A DNA stretch of 64,000 nt. Source: Clostridia bacterium. Lineage in GTDB: Bacteria > Bacillota > Clostridia > Oscillospirales > CAG-272. The stretch spans positions 1,883-65,882 of the forward strand of contig JAFVRG010000010.1 in the NCBI GenBank assembly GCA_017504405.1, in the 5' to 3' direction. Positions 7,985-16,421 of the stretch are shown here, one piece after another. A program made the translations under genes and the position numbers. How positions within the stretch are numbered: position 1 is the first letter of the stretch; every line of letters begins with the position of its first letter. Below the pieces are notes generated by a model. It ran no database searches. It was not told where the DNA came from and was given only the letters and a program-made list of their open reading frames with translations.

Positions 7985-10702
7985 TTATCCCTCGTCCTTA
8001 GATAGACAGCATTGCTTATATTTTTTTCCGCTGCCGCAGGGGCAGGGGTCGTTTCTGCCGATTTTCTGCTTTTTAACCGTCGGCTTTTTCTTCACGGTAC
8101 CGTCAGCAAAGCCCGCAGTCGTCGGCTTTGCCACCGCAACCCTCTCAACAGGGCGGCGTGCGGTGACGGTGAGCACCATACGGACGGTGTTATCACGAAT
8201 TTCCTCGGTCATCGACTCAAACATCTGCGCTCCGATTATTCTGTACTCGTTTATCGGGTCACGCTGTGCGTAGGAATTGAGCCCTACCGAGCCCTTCAAA
8301 TCGTCCATTGCATCTATCTGATCCATCCACGCGCGGTCTACGTTGCGAAGCAGTATGTTGCGCTCAACCTCACGCATATCTATACCCGCCTCGGAAAATT
8401 CCTTTTCCTTTGCACAATATACCGAGAGTGCCCTCTCGGTCAGAAGGTCGGCTATCTCACTCTCGCTCTTTTCCTTTAATGTGTCAATTTCGCCGTCGGC
8501 TACAAGTCCGAAAAGGTGCGAGCGTATCTTGATTTCATCCCACTCTCCGCCCTCGGGCATAAGCGCCGATACCGAGTCGGATATAAACTCACGCATCATA
8601 CCCACGATGCGGTCGTGAACGTCTGCACCGTCGATTACGCTTCGGCGCTCCTTATAAATCATATTGCGCTGATAGTTCATAACGTCGTCGTACGAGAGGA
8701 CGTTTTTACGGCGTGAGAAGTTGTTTGACTCTATGCGCTTCTGCGCCGTTTCGATTACGGTAGTGAGCAGAGCCGAGCGCAGGCAGGCATCCTTATCCAT
8801 ATTCATTCTCGCCGCCATTGCGCCTACCCTCTCTCCGCCGAAAAGGCGCACGAGGTCGTCCTCGAGCGAGAGGTAGAATCGGGATTCGCCCGCATCTCCC
8901 TGTCGTCCGCTACGTCCTCTGAGCTGGTTGTCAATACGGCGGCTCTCGTGCCTCTCCGTACCGAGAATGAAGAGTCCTCCTGCCGCACGGACACGCTCCG
9001 CCTCGGGGGCTATCTCCTCCTTATACTGCTCGTAAAGCTCGGAGAATGTCCTGCGTGCCTCCAAAAGCTCGGGGTTATCGGTATTCGAGAAGCCGTTGGC
9101 CTCGGCAATCAGCTCCTCGTCGATGCCCATTTTCTTCATTTTAGCCTTTGCCATATACACGGCGTTACCGCCGAGCATAATATCGGTGCCTCGTCCTGCC
9201 ATATTCGTCGCTATCGTGACGGCACCGCTCTTTCCTGCCTGCGCTATTATCTCCGCCTCACGCTCGTGATGCTTTGCATTGAGGACGTTGTGGGGAATAC
9301 CCCTGCGCTTTAAGAGGTAGGAAAGCTCCTCAGACTTATCAATAGATACCGTACCGACAAGGACGGGCTGTCCCTTCTCATAACACTCGCAGATCTGCTC
9401 TACAACCGCACGGAGCTTTGCCTCTCGGTTGAGGTATACGTTGTCGGGGTGGTCTATCCTTATCATAGGACGGTTGGTCGGCACCTCGACGACGTCAAGA
9501 CGGTAAATCTCACGGAATTCCGCATCCTCGGTGAGCGCAGTACCCGTCATACCCGACAGCTTTTTGTACATTCTGAAATAGTTCTGGAAGGTTATTGTGG
9601 CAAGCGTTTTCGACTCCTTCTCAATACGCACGCCCTCCTTCGCCTCTATTGCCTGATGCAGACCGTTTGAGTAGCGTCTGCCGTACATAAGTCTGCCTGT
9701 GAAGGTATCAACGATGATGACCTCGCCGTTTTTAACAACGTAGTCTACCTCGTTTTTCATAATACCGTGCGCGCGCACGGCGTTTTCTATATAATGGTAG
9801 AGAGATGAATTTTCAGAGTCGGCTATATTCTCAACGCCGAAAAACTCCTCCGCCTTGCGTATACCGTTGGCGGTGAGCACCGTCTGACGGTGCTTTTCAT
9901 CTACTATGAAATCCTCGTCGGCTGAGCTGTAATCGGTCTTGCTCTCCATTTCCTTGATAACACGGCGCTTCATTTTACGCACGAGCTTATCGGCACGCTC
10001 GTAGAGCTCGCTCGACTCGTCGCCCTGTCCCGAAATAATCAGAGGGGTACGTGCCTCGTCTATGAGGATAGAGTCAACCTCGTCCACAATGGCGAAGGCG
10101 TGGCCACGCTGTACCATCTCCTCCTTATGAAGAACCATATTGTCACGCAGGTAGTCAAAGCCAAGCTCGTTGTTGGTGGCATAGGTTATGTCGGCGGCGT
10201 ACGCACGCATCTTCTCGTCACGCTTCTGATTCGGAACAATAAGTCCCGTGGTAAGACCGAGGTAGCCGTACACTCTGCCCATTTCCTCGCTGTCACGGCG
10301 TGCAAGGTAATCGTTAACCGTTACGATATGAACGCCGTTGCCTGCGAGGGCGTTTAAGTATGCGGGCAGGGTTGCAACCAGAGTTTTACCCTCTCCCGTT
10401 TTCATTTCAGCAACACGGCCCTGATGCAAAAGAACGCCGCCTATGAGCTGTACACGGAACGGCTTTTTGCCGAGCACACGCCACGCCGCCTCACGCACGG
10501 TTGCAAACGCATCGACTAAAATACCGTCGAGCGTTTCCCCGTCGGCAAGACGTGCCTTGAGCACCTCGGTCATACCCGAAAGCTCCTCATCGCTCATAGC
10601 AGAATAGCGCTCGTCAAGCGCCTCTATCTGGTCAGCGATACGCTCGATTTTCTTTATCTGCCGCTCGCTGTAGGTTCCGAATATTTTTGAAAAAAGGCCC
10701 AT
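7985..10702 (-). CDS. secA: Preprotein translocase ATPase SecA
   Basis: 905 aa. MKTGEGKTLV Walker A, DEVDSILIDEARTPLIISG, TNMAGRGTDI and the C-terminal zinc finger CPCGSGKKYKQCC are all present. Confidence 0.97.
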   Translation of the reverse strand: MGLFSKIFGTYSERQIKKIERIADQIEALDERYSAMSDEELSGMTEVLKARLADGETLDGILVDAFATVREAAWRVLGKKPFRVQLIGGVLLHQGRVAEMKTGEGKTLVATLPAYLNALAGNGVHIVTVNDYLARRDSEEMGRVYGYLGLTTGLIVPNQKRDEKMRAYAADITYATNNELGFDYLRDNMVLHKEEMVQRGHAFAIVDEVDSILIDEARTPLIISGQGDESSELYERADKLVRKMKRRVIKEMESKTDYSSADEDFIVDEKHRQTVLTANGIRKAEEFFGVENIADSENSSLYHYIENAVRAHGIMKNEVDYVVKNGEVIIVDTFTGRLMYGRRYSNGLHQAIEAKEGVRIEKESKTLATITFQNYFRMYKKLSGMTGTALTEDAEFREIYRLDVVEVPTNRPMIRIDHPDNVYLNREAKLRAVVEQICECYEKGQPVLVGTVSIDKSEELSYLLKRRGIPHNVLNAKHHEREAEIIAQAGKSGAVTIATNMAGRGTDIMLGGNAVYMAKAKMKKMGIDEELIAEANGFSNTDNPELLEARRTFSELYEQYKEEIAPEAERVRAAGGLFILGTERHESRRIDNQLRGRSGRQGDAGESRFYLSLEDDLVRLFGGERVGAMAARMNMDKDACLRSALLTTVIETAQKRIESNNFSRRKNVLSYDDVMNYQRNMIYKERRSVIDGADVHDRIVGMMREFISDSVSALMPEGGEWDEIKIRSHLFGLVADGEIDTLKEKSESEIADLLTERALSVYCAKEKEFSEAGIDMREVERNILLRNVDRAWMDQIDAMDDLKGSVGLNSYAQRDPINEYRIIGAQMFESMTEEIRDNTVRMVLTVTARRPVERVAVAKPTTAGFADGTVKKKPTVKKQKIGRNDPCPCGSGKKYKQCCLSKDEG

Positions 10703-10850
10703 AATCTTCCACCTTTATGTTTATATAAAGATATTTTATCATATAAATTTATATTTTACAATAAAAAAATGTAAACAAATGTATTTTGACTTGACTTTTT
10801 TTATTTTTAAGGTACAATATTCTCGTAAGTAAAAGATAAGGGGTAGAACG

Positions 10851-11348
10851 GTGAAAAGCATAAACATAGTTCTCCACTGTCCCGAAATTCCGCAGAATAC
10901 GGGAAACATAGCACGCACCTGCGCCGCAACGGGCGCAGCGCTCCACCTGATAAAGCCCTTGGGGTTTGAGATTGACGATAAAAAGATGAAGCGTGCGGGG
11001 CTCGACTATTGGGATAAGCTGGACGTGACAATTTACGAAAACGAGAACGAATTTTTTAAGAAAAATGAGGGCGCAAAAATTTACTATTTTTCAACGAAAG
11101 CGCCAAGAGCGTATACCGAAATAAAATACCCCGATACGGTATTTATAATGTTTGGCAGGGAAACCAAGGGCCTGCCCGAGGAGCTGCTCCAAAAGAACCC
11201 CGACACGACGGTGAGAATACCGATGCGAGAGAGCCTTCGCAGTCTTAATCTCTCAAATTCGGTGGCAATTGCTACCTATGAAATTCTGCGTCAGCGTGAT
11301 TTTGCCGACCTCGTGGCAGAGGGCGAGCCCACCACGTTTAAGTGGTGA
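10851..11348 (+). CDS. trmL: tRNA (cytidine/uridine-2'-O-)-methyltransferase, SpoU/TrmL type
   Basis: GTG start with AAGGGG upstream. IVLHCPEIPQNTGNIARTCAATGAALHLIKPLGF and SLNLSNSVAI are TrmL-like. Confidence 0.85.
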   Translation: MKSINIVLHCPEIPQNTGNIARTCAATGAALHLIKPLGFEIDDKKMKRAGLDYWDKLDVTIYENENEFFKKNEGAKIYYFSTKAPRAYTEIKYPDTVFIMFGRETKGLPEELLQKNPDTTVRIPMRESLRSLNLSNSVAIATYEILRQRDFADLVAEGEPTTFKW

Positions 11349-11360
11349 GGGCGTGCCCTC

Positions 11361-11546
11361 AACTATGATTGCCCTGTCGGACAAGCTATGAGGTACTACG
11401 TACCGTTATGATTGGCTTCGCCAAGTTATGAGTGACTTCGTCACGTTTAAGGTTAGACGGGCAATCATATCATAACGTTCGCAGAGCGAACTCATAACCT
11501 TTGCGTCAGCAAAATCATAACTTTCACGTAAGTGAAATCACAACTC
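11361..11546. repeat. Hairpin array A: unique 5-6 bp mini-hairpins spaced by (G/C)TATGA(T/G), then by the complement TCATAAC
   Basis: TATGA words at 11364, 11387, 11407 and 11427. Hairpins at 11392-11404, 11412-11424 and 11432-11444. TCATA(A/T) words at 11465, 11470, 11492 and 11515. Hairpins at 11477-11491, 11500-11513 and 11522-11537. An 11-bp long-range pair joins 11364-11374 to 11459-11469. Confidence 0.8.
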
Positions 11547-11551
11547 GTAAG

Positions 11552-11583
11552 AAAAAAGCTCCGATTACTCGGAGCTTTTTTTG
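11552..11583. terminator. Bidirectional rho-independent terminator
   Basis: AAAAAAGCTCCG attac TCGGAGCTTTTTTT. It serves convergent trmL (+) and the large-protein/peptide operon (-). Confidence 0.8.
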
Positions 11584-11598
11584 TTTTAGGTTATGGAA

Positions 11599-11736
11599 TT
11601 ATAAATCCCAATTTAACGGGAGTTCCCAAATTCCGACTGTATTATCATTATTTCCTTGACTGTTAATAGACAAGGTGATAAACTCCTCGGATTTAACCTT
11701 TATAACCTCAATTGAGGGCTTGTTATACTTTTTCAT
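11599..11736 (-). CDS. 45-aa peptide (MKKYNKPSIEVIKVKSEEFITLSINSQGNNDNTVGIWELPLNWDL), possible RiPP/signalling-peptide precursor
   Basis: Not in the supplied ORF track because it is under 60 aa. The ATG at 11736 is preceded by AAGGAGGGTAAACAA, 17 nt after the stop of the 1461-aa gene, and is followed by the terminator. Confidence 0.45.
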   Translation of the reverse strand: MKKYNKPSIEVIKVKSEEFITLSINSQGNNDNTVGIWELPLNWDL

Positions 11737-11753
11737 TTGTTTACCCTCCTTAA

Positions 11754-14700
11754 TTATTCCTCATCCTTGAGAGGATGGTTGATTGCCGCATTGTTTACGT
11801 ACTGCGGATATTCGGTCTTGTAGTAGGTGCATATATCAACGAGAGATACTGCTCCGCCGTTTGCCTGATAGTTCTGGCTGATACCGTCATCGTAGAGGTA
11901 GAGATACTCGCCGTCAAGCTCGATTATTACAAAACCACGGAAGAACATAAGCTGTTCCTTCGCAACAACCGTTCCGCCATTGGGAATACGGTTCGTATAG
12001 TCATCGCCGGTTACGTTGCCGTTGCGGTCGATAGAGCCGTTAATGAAATCAACGGTGTATGCAAATACTGTGGTCGTATCCTCACTGTCGGGAAGAACCG
12101 AGAGACGCTCTGCCTCCTCAAAGGACTTGAAGCCGTCATCCTCGTCAGCGATTATATCGGCAACGAAATTTTTACCGTCTGCGTCGATAGCAGTACCGTC
12201 GAAGGTAACGGTGAGGTTCTCAAAGCTGTCGTAGCCGACGAGTGCGCCGTATGCAACAACAGTTGCTTTTCTGAAGGACTCAGCCTTCGTCGTGTCGTAT
12301 GCATATACGCTTCTGATACCGACGTTCTTCGATACACGTGCCTGGAAGCCTATGAACGAGAATATCGAATCTGCGTTACCGAGCACGCCTGCAAGCTTTG
12401 CCTCAACAGCCTCCTTGCTGTCACAGCCGACAGAGCCTATCTGCGAGCCCTTGAACTCATTTACAATGAGCTTCTGCTGGGCTATGCCTGCGTTTCTGTA
12501 CGCCTCGGTGCTGACACCGTAGAAGCGGCAGATGTCAACGAAGTTGTTGATTGCAATTTCCTCGGCCGTAAGGTCGGTGATATAGATACGGAGGTAGGTG
12601 GGAGTCGTGCGGTAGTAGTAGAAGGCTGCGCCGTCCCAACCGCCGCCCTGACCAAGGTTTTCGATTTTAAGCGGCTCGTTATAGGTAGCGGAGCTTTCCC
12701 TCTCATCTACCAGAAGCTCTGCGTTAACGTAGCTGATAATATCGGTGGTGTAGGGATTTACATCGTCAACTATTGCGTCGAAGGTTCCGACGAAGTTGAT
12801 ACCGATGTAGGGGTAATCGGAAGACTTAAGGGTCTTATAGATTACATTCTGGCGGGTTCCGAATACACGGTTAGAACCCGAAAGTCCGATGTTAAGACCT
12901 ACGTTATTCATACTCACATTCATAAAGTTGCTGTATGTACCGGGAATGCTGCCGGGAGCATAGAAGATATACTGTGCGGTATATCCCGTTCCGTTTATGT
13001 TACAGGTATCGGCAGAGTTTGCGCTACCGAGTCCTGTGTTGGTTGCAGTGTTGCGGGTTGAACGCCACTGATAGCAGGGCTGACCTGCGCCCGGGTTAAC
13101 TGCATTCTTTATCTGCGCATCGGTCCAGCGGAATCCCGTATATACCATATAGTTATTGGATACTCCCGCCTTGAAGCTGACGCTGCCGTCCTCTGCATAT
13201 TCAAGGAACGGATGGATATAATCCTCGCTCTGACGCTGCTCATCGGTATATACGTTACCGTAGGTTGTGCCGTACAGCAGTGAGGGAGTGGGCGTGTAGG
13301 GAAGCAGGGTATCGGTTGCGGCCTCCGCAGTTGTCTTGTTAGAGGTATTAGAAGCCGTAAGCACGAACCAATTGCCCTTCGCCGTTCCGTCGGATATACG
13401 GACGTACGCATGGCGTCCGCCGTTATTCGTGAGCTCGAAATACTGATAGCTGCTCTGGCTTGCAAATGCGCCTATCTCAGGCTCAATGTAACGGATATTG
13501 TCGGGAACAGTCGTGGTCGAGCTGTTGTAATAACCAACGGTATTCTCGTTAATAGCGGTGAAGTCAACCTCGGCGTACAAATTCTCACGCTCAACGTAGA
13601 GCTCACGGTAGTTTACGATAAAATCAAGCTCTGAAACGAAGGCGTCAATCTTTTCCTTCATCGCAGTCTTGGTTGCATCGGTTGTGTCGTACATATTGTA
13701 CTCAGAGAAGCCGTTGTAGAAGGTGTCGTCGGCATACTCAAGAATCATTTCGATATCGTATGCGGATACGTCTACTGCGTACTTATAAATAAGGTCTGCA
13801 AAGTAGTTACGAGCCTTCTGCGCATCGGTAAGCTCAACGGAATACATACGGATATTGTCGATATATTTATCAACGGTTGCGATATATCCCGTATTTCTCG
13901 TGTGGTAGGAAAGACCCCTTGCCCTGTTGTTAACCGCAGGAAGGATAGAGGACTGATATGCAGCGCTTCCGTAATGCTTGGAGTAATCCACGTCTTTTTC
14001 GCCAAGTATATCGAATTTAAGCTCAAATTTCCTTACCACGGGGTCAAGAATTCTGCCCTCAAGAGTGAGGTTAAAGGTATGAGGCTCATCGAAGTAATAA
14101 TATTTGGACAGGGTAAGCATAGGGTTGGTGCTGTTAGAGTCCATACCGACGAAATTCGTGCATGCTCTGTTGTCCTTATAGTAAATTCTCGCATTGAACG
14201 TGGTAAAGCCCATCTGTGCCTGACCTGACAGGTCACCGAAGACACCGAGCGCAAAGTTAGCGTTGTAGTTGCTACCCGTTGCGGCAACGTTATTCTGCCA
14301 GAAATCGGAGTATTTATAGTTGGTCTGGAGCGTGAAATAACCGTAGCTGCCGTTTGCATCGGCTGTCGTCGAAAGGTTATCGTCAAGCCACAAGTCAATG
14401 TTACCCATAGTCTGGAGGTTGTTGAAATGTGCCTGAACTCCATCTCTGTCCTTAATCATATCGTAGGTGAAGAGGTTGCCCGTGTAAATACCTGCACCAA
14501 GCGATGTATTCGCCTGATTATCAGTCGTATAGGTTTTCAGATAACCGTCCTCGGTTATCGAAATTCCGCTGGTTGCGGTATCGGTATCGCCGCTCTTGTA
14601 GAAGCTGCCGACGAGGTTGTACTGACCGATATTCTGTCCGCCGAGGATTTTCAGAGCAGAGTGATACGTACCCATACCCGATGCAGAGTTAATGTCAGAG

Positions 14701-16139
14701 TTAACGGAGAGTATATCGTAGACGTCAACGTACTTTGCAAAGTGGCTGGGAACGAGGTCAACAACTGTCGTGCCGTCCTCGTCAAGAGTAACACGCTTCG
14801 TCGTGTAGTATGCCTGATCGAGGGTGGACGCATCTATGTAGGCAATGAGGTTGCCGTCGTCGTACCAGAGGTCCTCATAATAGCCGTAGTGACCCTTGCC
14901 GGGTGCGAAGTAGTAGTCAAGGATAGCCTTAAACTTATCCGCCTCGCCCGAGGTAGCAACGTCGGTGAAGTTGAGGTAGAAGTTCGCAACTCTGCGGGTG
15001 CCGTATGTCATTTGCTCGTTTATTGTGGTCATAACGTCCTTGAGCTCTACTTTAAGGCCTGTGAAGGACGGAGATTTAGCGCCTTCTCCGAACGAGTAGG
15101 GAGCCGTGAAGCCGGCGTACTGCGAGGACATACCTGCATAAAGCTGAGCTGCAAAGAGCGTAGCATCAACGCCTGCTGTTCCGTACTGGCAGAAAACCTC
15201 AGTCATCTTGTCAAGCATATCGTCGCCCGTGTAGCCTGCAAGGGTGAAGCCATTGTTGTACAGATACTCTGCAAACGCTCCCTTTACGTTCTTGCTGTCA
15301 AGGTCAGCGTCCTCGGTTGCGGGATCATCGTCTGCCTTATAGCCGTCAGGGAATCTGCCTGCAATAACGTCTCTTACTGCCTCTCTCTTTGCATCGTCAC
15401 CCTCAACGTCGAGCGATGAACCCGCCAGGATTACGAACAGGCTCGTGTCGGAGTCGTTAAGCAGTCCGAAGATGTAATCGGTAAGACCGTTTACAGACCA
15501 ATCGGCAACGTTTTCAGAGTTGAATTTTGCAGCGAGCTGGTTTCTCAGATTGTTGCTGTTTCCGTCAGCTGCAGTGTAACGTGCGCCTGCGGTGTAGAGG
15601 TCGCTGTAAACGTACGCCATCATAGCACCGAGCCTGTAATTTCCGATAATATATGTGTTGAGGAGCGTGCTGATAATATAGTTTGCTTCCAGAGGAGCAA
15701 GCATAATACGTACGTCACCGTCAACACCGTTAACGAAATAAAGCTCGTTATACAGCGCATCATAGTAGCTCATGAGGTCGCCCTCAACCGTGCCGTCACC
15801 GTTCGGGTCAATTACTGCCTTAATATCAGCAGTCAGTGCCTCGAGGGTGTCGTTGGGATAGCTGGGCTTGAGCGTCAGGGCAATTCTGCCCGCAACGTCA
15901 TCCGAGGTCATAGCCTTGTTTGACGAGAGATAATTCGTCAGCTTGGCATTTATGACGTCTGCCGTGGGAATGGTTGCCTCATCGCCGTATGCGTCGACGA
16001 GTGCGAGGAAGTGTGCCTTATTTGCATCATCGGGGAGTGCATCGTAGCCACCGTCCGCATATGACACAAGTGACATAGCAGGAATCATGCATACGAGCAT
16101 TACTGCGATCAGCACAAGGCTTAAAATTCGCTTTTTCAT
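11754..16139 (-). CDS. Large secreted protein (1461 aa) with at least two LamG/concanavalin-like jelly-roll domains
   Basis: N-terminal signal peptide MKKRILSLVLIAVMLVCMIPAMSLVSYA. Two domain-end motifs typical of LamG-type domains are present (IDNIRMYSVELTDAQKARNYF and YLRIYITDLTAEEIAINNF). No anchor motif was seen. Confidence 0.6.
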   Translation of the reverse strand: MKKRILSLVLIAVMLVCMIPAMSLVSYADGGYDALPDDANKAHFLALVDAYGDEATIPTADVINAKLTNYLSSNKAMTSDDVAGRIALTLKPSYPNDTLEALTADIKAVIDPNGDGTVEGDLMSYYDALYNELYFVNGVDGDVRIMLAPLEANYIISTLLNTYIIGNYRLGAMMAYVYSDLYTAGARYTAADGNSNNLRNQLAAKFNSENVADWSVNGLTDYIFGLLNDSDTSLFVILAGSSLDVEGDDAKREAVRDVIAGRFPDGYKADDDPATEDADLDSKNVKGAFAEYLYNNGFTLAGYTGDDMLDKMTEVFCQYGTAGVDATLFAAQLYAGMSSQYAGFTAPYSFGEGAKSPSFTGLKVELKDVMTTINEQMTYGTRRVANFYLNFTDVATSGEADKFKAILDYYFAPGKGHYGYYEDLWYDDGNLIAYIDASTLDQAYYTTKRVTLDEDGTTVVDLVPSHFAKYVDVYDILSVNSDINSASGMGTYHSALKILGGQNIGQYNLVGSFYKSGDTDTATSGISITEDGYLKTYTTDNQANTSLGAGIYTGNLFTYDMIKDRDGVQAHFNNLQTMGNIDLWLDDNLSTTADANGSYGYFTLQTNYKYSDFWQNNVAATGSNYNANFALGVFGDLSGQAQMGFTTFNARIYYKDNRACTNFVGMDSNSTNPMLTLSKYYYFDEPHTFNLTLEGRILDPVVRKFELKFDILGEKDVDYSKHYGSAAYQSSILPAVNNRARGLSYHTRNTGYIATVDKYIDNIRMYSVELTDAQKARNYFADLIYKYAVDVSAYDIEMILEYADDTFYNGFSEYNMYDTTDATKTAMKEKIDAFVSELDFIVNYRELYVERENLYAEVDFTAINENTVGYYNSSTTTVPDNIRYIEPEIGAFASQSSYQYFELTNNGGRHAYVRISDGTAKGNWFVLTASNTSNKTTAEAATDTLLPYTPTPSLLYGTTYGNVYTDEQRQSEDYIHPFLEYAEDGSVSFKAGVSNNYMVYTGFRWTDAQIKNAVNPGAGQPCYQWRSTRNTATNTGLGSANSADTCNINGTGYTAQYIFYAPGSIPGTYSNFMNVSMNNVGLNIGLSGSNRVFGTRQNVIYKTLKSSDYPYIGINFVGTFDAIVDDVNPYTTDIISYVNAELLVDERESSATYNEPLKIENLGQGGGWDGAAFYYYRTTPTYLRIYITDLTAEEIAINNFVDICRFYGVSTEAYRNAGIAQQKLIVNEFKGSQIGSVGCDSKEAVEAKLAGVLGNADSIFSFIGFQARVSKNVGIRSVYAYDTTKAESFRKATVVAYGALVGYDSFENLTVTFDGTAIDADGKNFVADIIADEDDGFKSFEEAERLSVLPDSEDTTTVFAYTVDFINGSIDRNGNVTGDDYTNRIPNGGTVVAKEQLMFFRGFVIIELDGEYLYLYDDGISQNYQANGGAVSLVDICTYYKTEYPQYVNNAAINHPLKDEE

Positions 16140-16171
16140 AGTATTCTCCTTTTTATAAATTTGTTGATTAT

Positions 16172-16200
16172 ATTATATAACAATGCGTGAATTAATTCAA
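16172..16200 (-). promoter_or_regulatory. Sigma-A type promoter of the 1461-aa protein gene
   Basis: On the minus strand: TTGAAT (16200-16195), a 17-nt spacer, TATAAT (16177-16172). It lies about 30 nt upstream of the AAAAAGGAG RBS and the ATG at 16139. Confidence 0.55.
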
Positions 16201-16248
16201 TTGATATATTAGACAAAATTTCGCACCTTTCGTTTGTGCAACATTAAC

Positions 16249-16272
16249 AAAAAAGTTCCGACTTAGCGTGTT
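16249..16272. repeat. Direct-repeat copy of the left arm of the 16374-16420 terminator
   Basis: AAAAAAGTTCCGACTTAGCGTGTT versus AAAAAACTCCGACTTAGCGTGTT at 16374-16396. They differ by one substitution and one 1-nt indel. The two copies bracket hairpin array B. Confidence 0.8.
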
Positions 16273-16285
16273 GTCTTTTCGGGAA

Positions 16286-16370
16286 TACGTAATGAAATCT
16301 GCCACGGGCAGATGAAATCCACCTATGGTGGATGAAGTCGCTATGCGACGAAATCCTGCTACGCAGGGTA
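16286..16370. repeat. Hairpin array B: four unique 5-bp hairpins spaced by ATGAAAT/ATGAAGT/GAAAT
   Basis: ATGAAAT at 16292 and 16312, ATGAAGT at 16332. Hairpins CTGCC acg GGCAG (16299-16311), CCACC tat GGTGG (16319-16331), GTCGC tat GCGAC (16337-16349) and CCTGC tac GCAGG (16355-16367). Confidence 0.8.
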
Positions 16371-16373
16371 AAG

Positions 16374-16420
16374 AAAAAACTCCGACTTAGCGTGTTACTC
16401 ACGCTAAGTCGGAGTTTTTT
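16374..16420. terminator. Bidirectional rho-independent terminator (15-bp stem)
   Basis: AAAAAA CTCCGACTTAGCGTG ttact CACGCTAAGTCGGAG TTTTTT, immediately after the stop of 16422..17453. Confidence 0.85.
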
Positions 16421-16421
16421 G

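Noticed and set aside
11405-11520. Whether GTTATGA ... TCATAAC words mark integron attC sites
   Set aside because: attC sites run R'' (RYYYAAC) ... R' (GTTRRRY), whereas here the GTT-type word comes first. The words are multiply repeated, TCATAAC fits RYYYAAC poorly, and no intI or cassette structure is present.
11361-11546. Whether the hairpin arrays (also 16286-16370, 19621-19728, 63465-63699) are CRISPR arrays
   Set aside because: The conserved units are only 7-13 nt. The variable units are 12-26 nt perfect palindromes rather than protospacer-like sequences. There are no cas genes and no leader. The layout is the inverse of CRISPR.
11599-11736. Calling the 45-aa peptide a lasso-peptide precursor
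   Set aside because: The leader-like YxxPxI motif, the Thr at -2 and the Asp9 are suggestive. However, the motif spacing is off by two residues from the canonical pattern, and no B/C maturation genes are nearby. It is reported only as a candidate peptide.
11775-15419. Long plus-strand ORFs (11775..13061, 14427..15419 and others) opposite the 1461-aa gene; likewise 41084..42568 (-), 1057..1896 (-), 55691..56518 (+) and 50013..50837 (+)
   Set aside because: These are shadow frames antisense to genes with clear signal-peptide, motif or homology support. They have Val/Arg/Cys-rich composition and no RBS.
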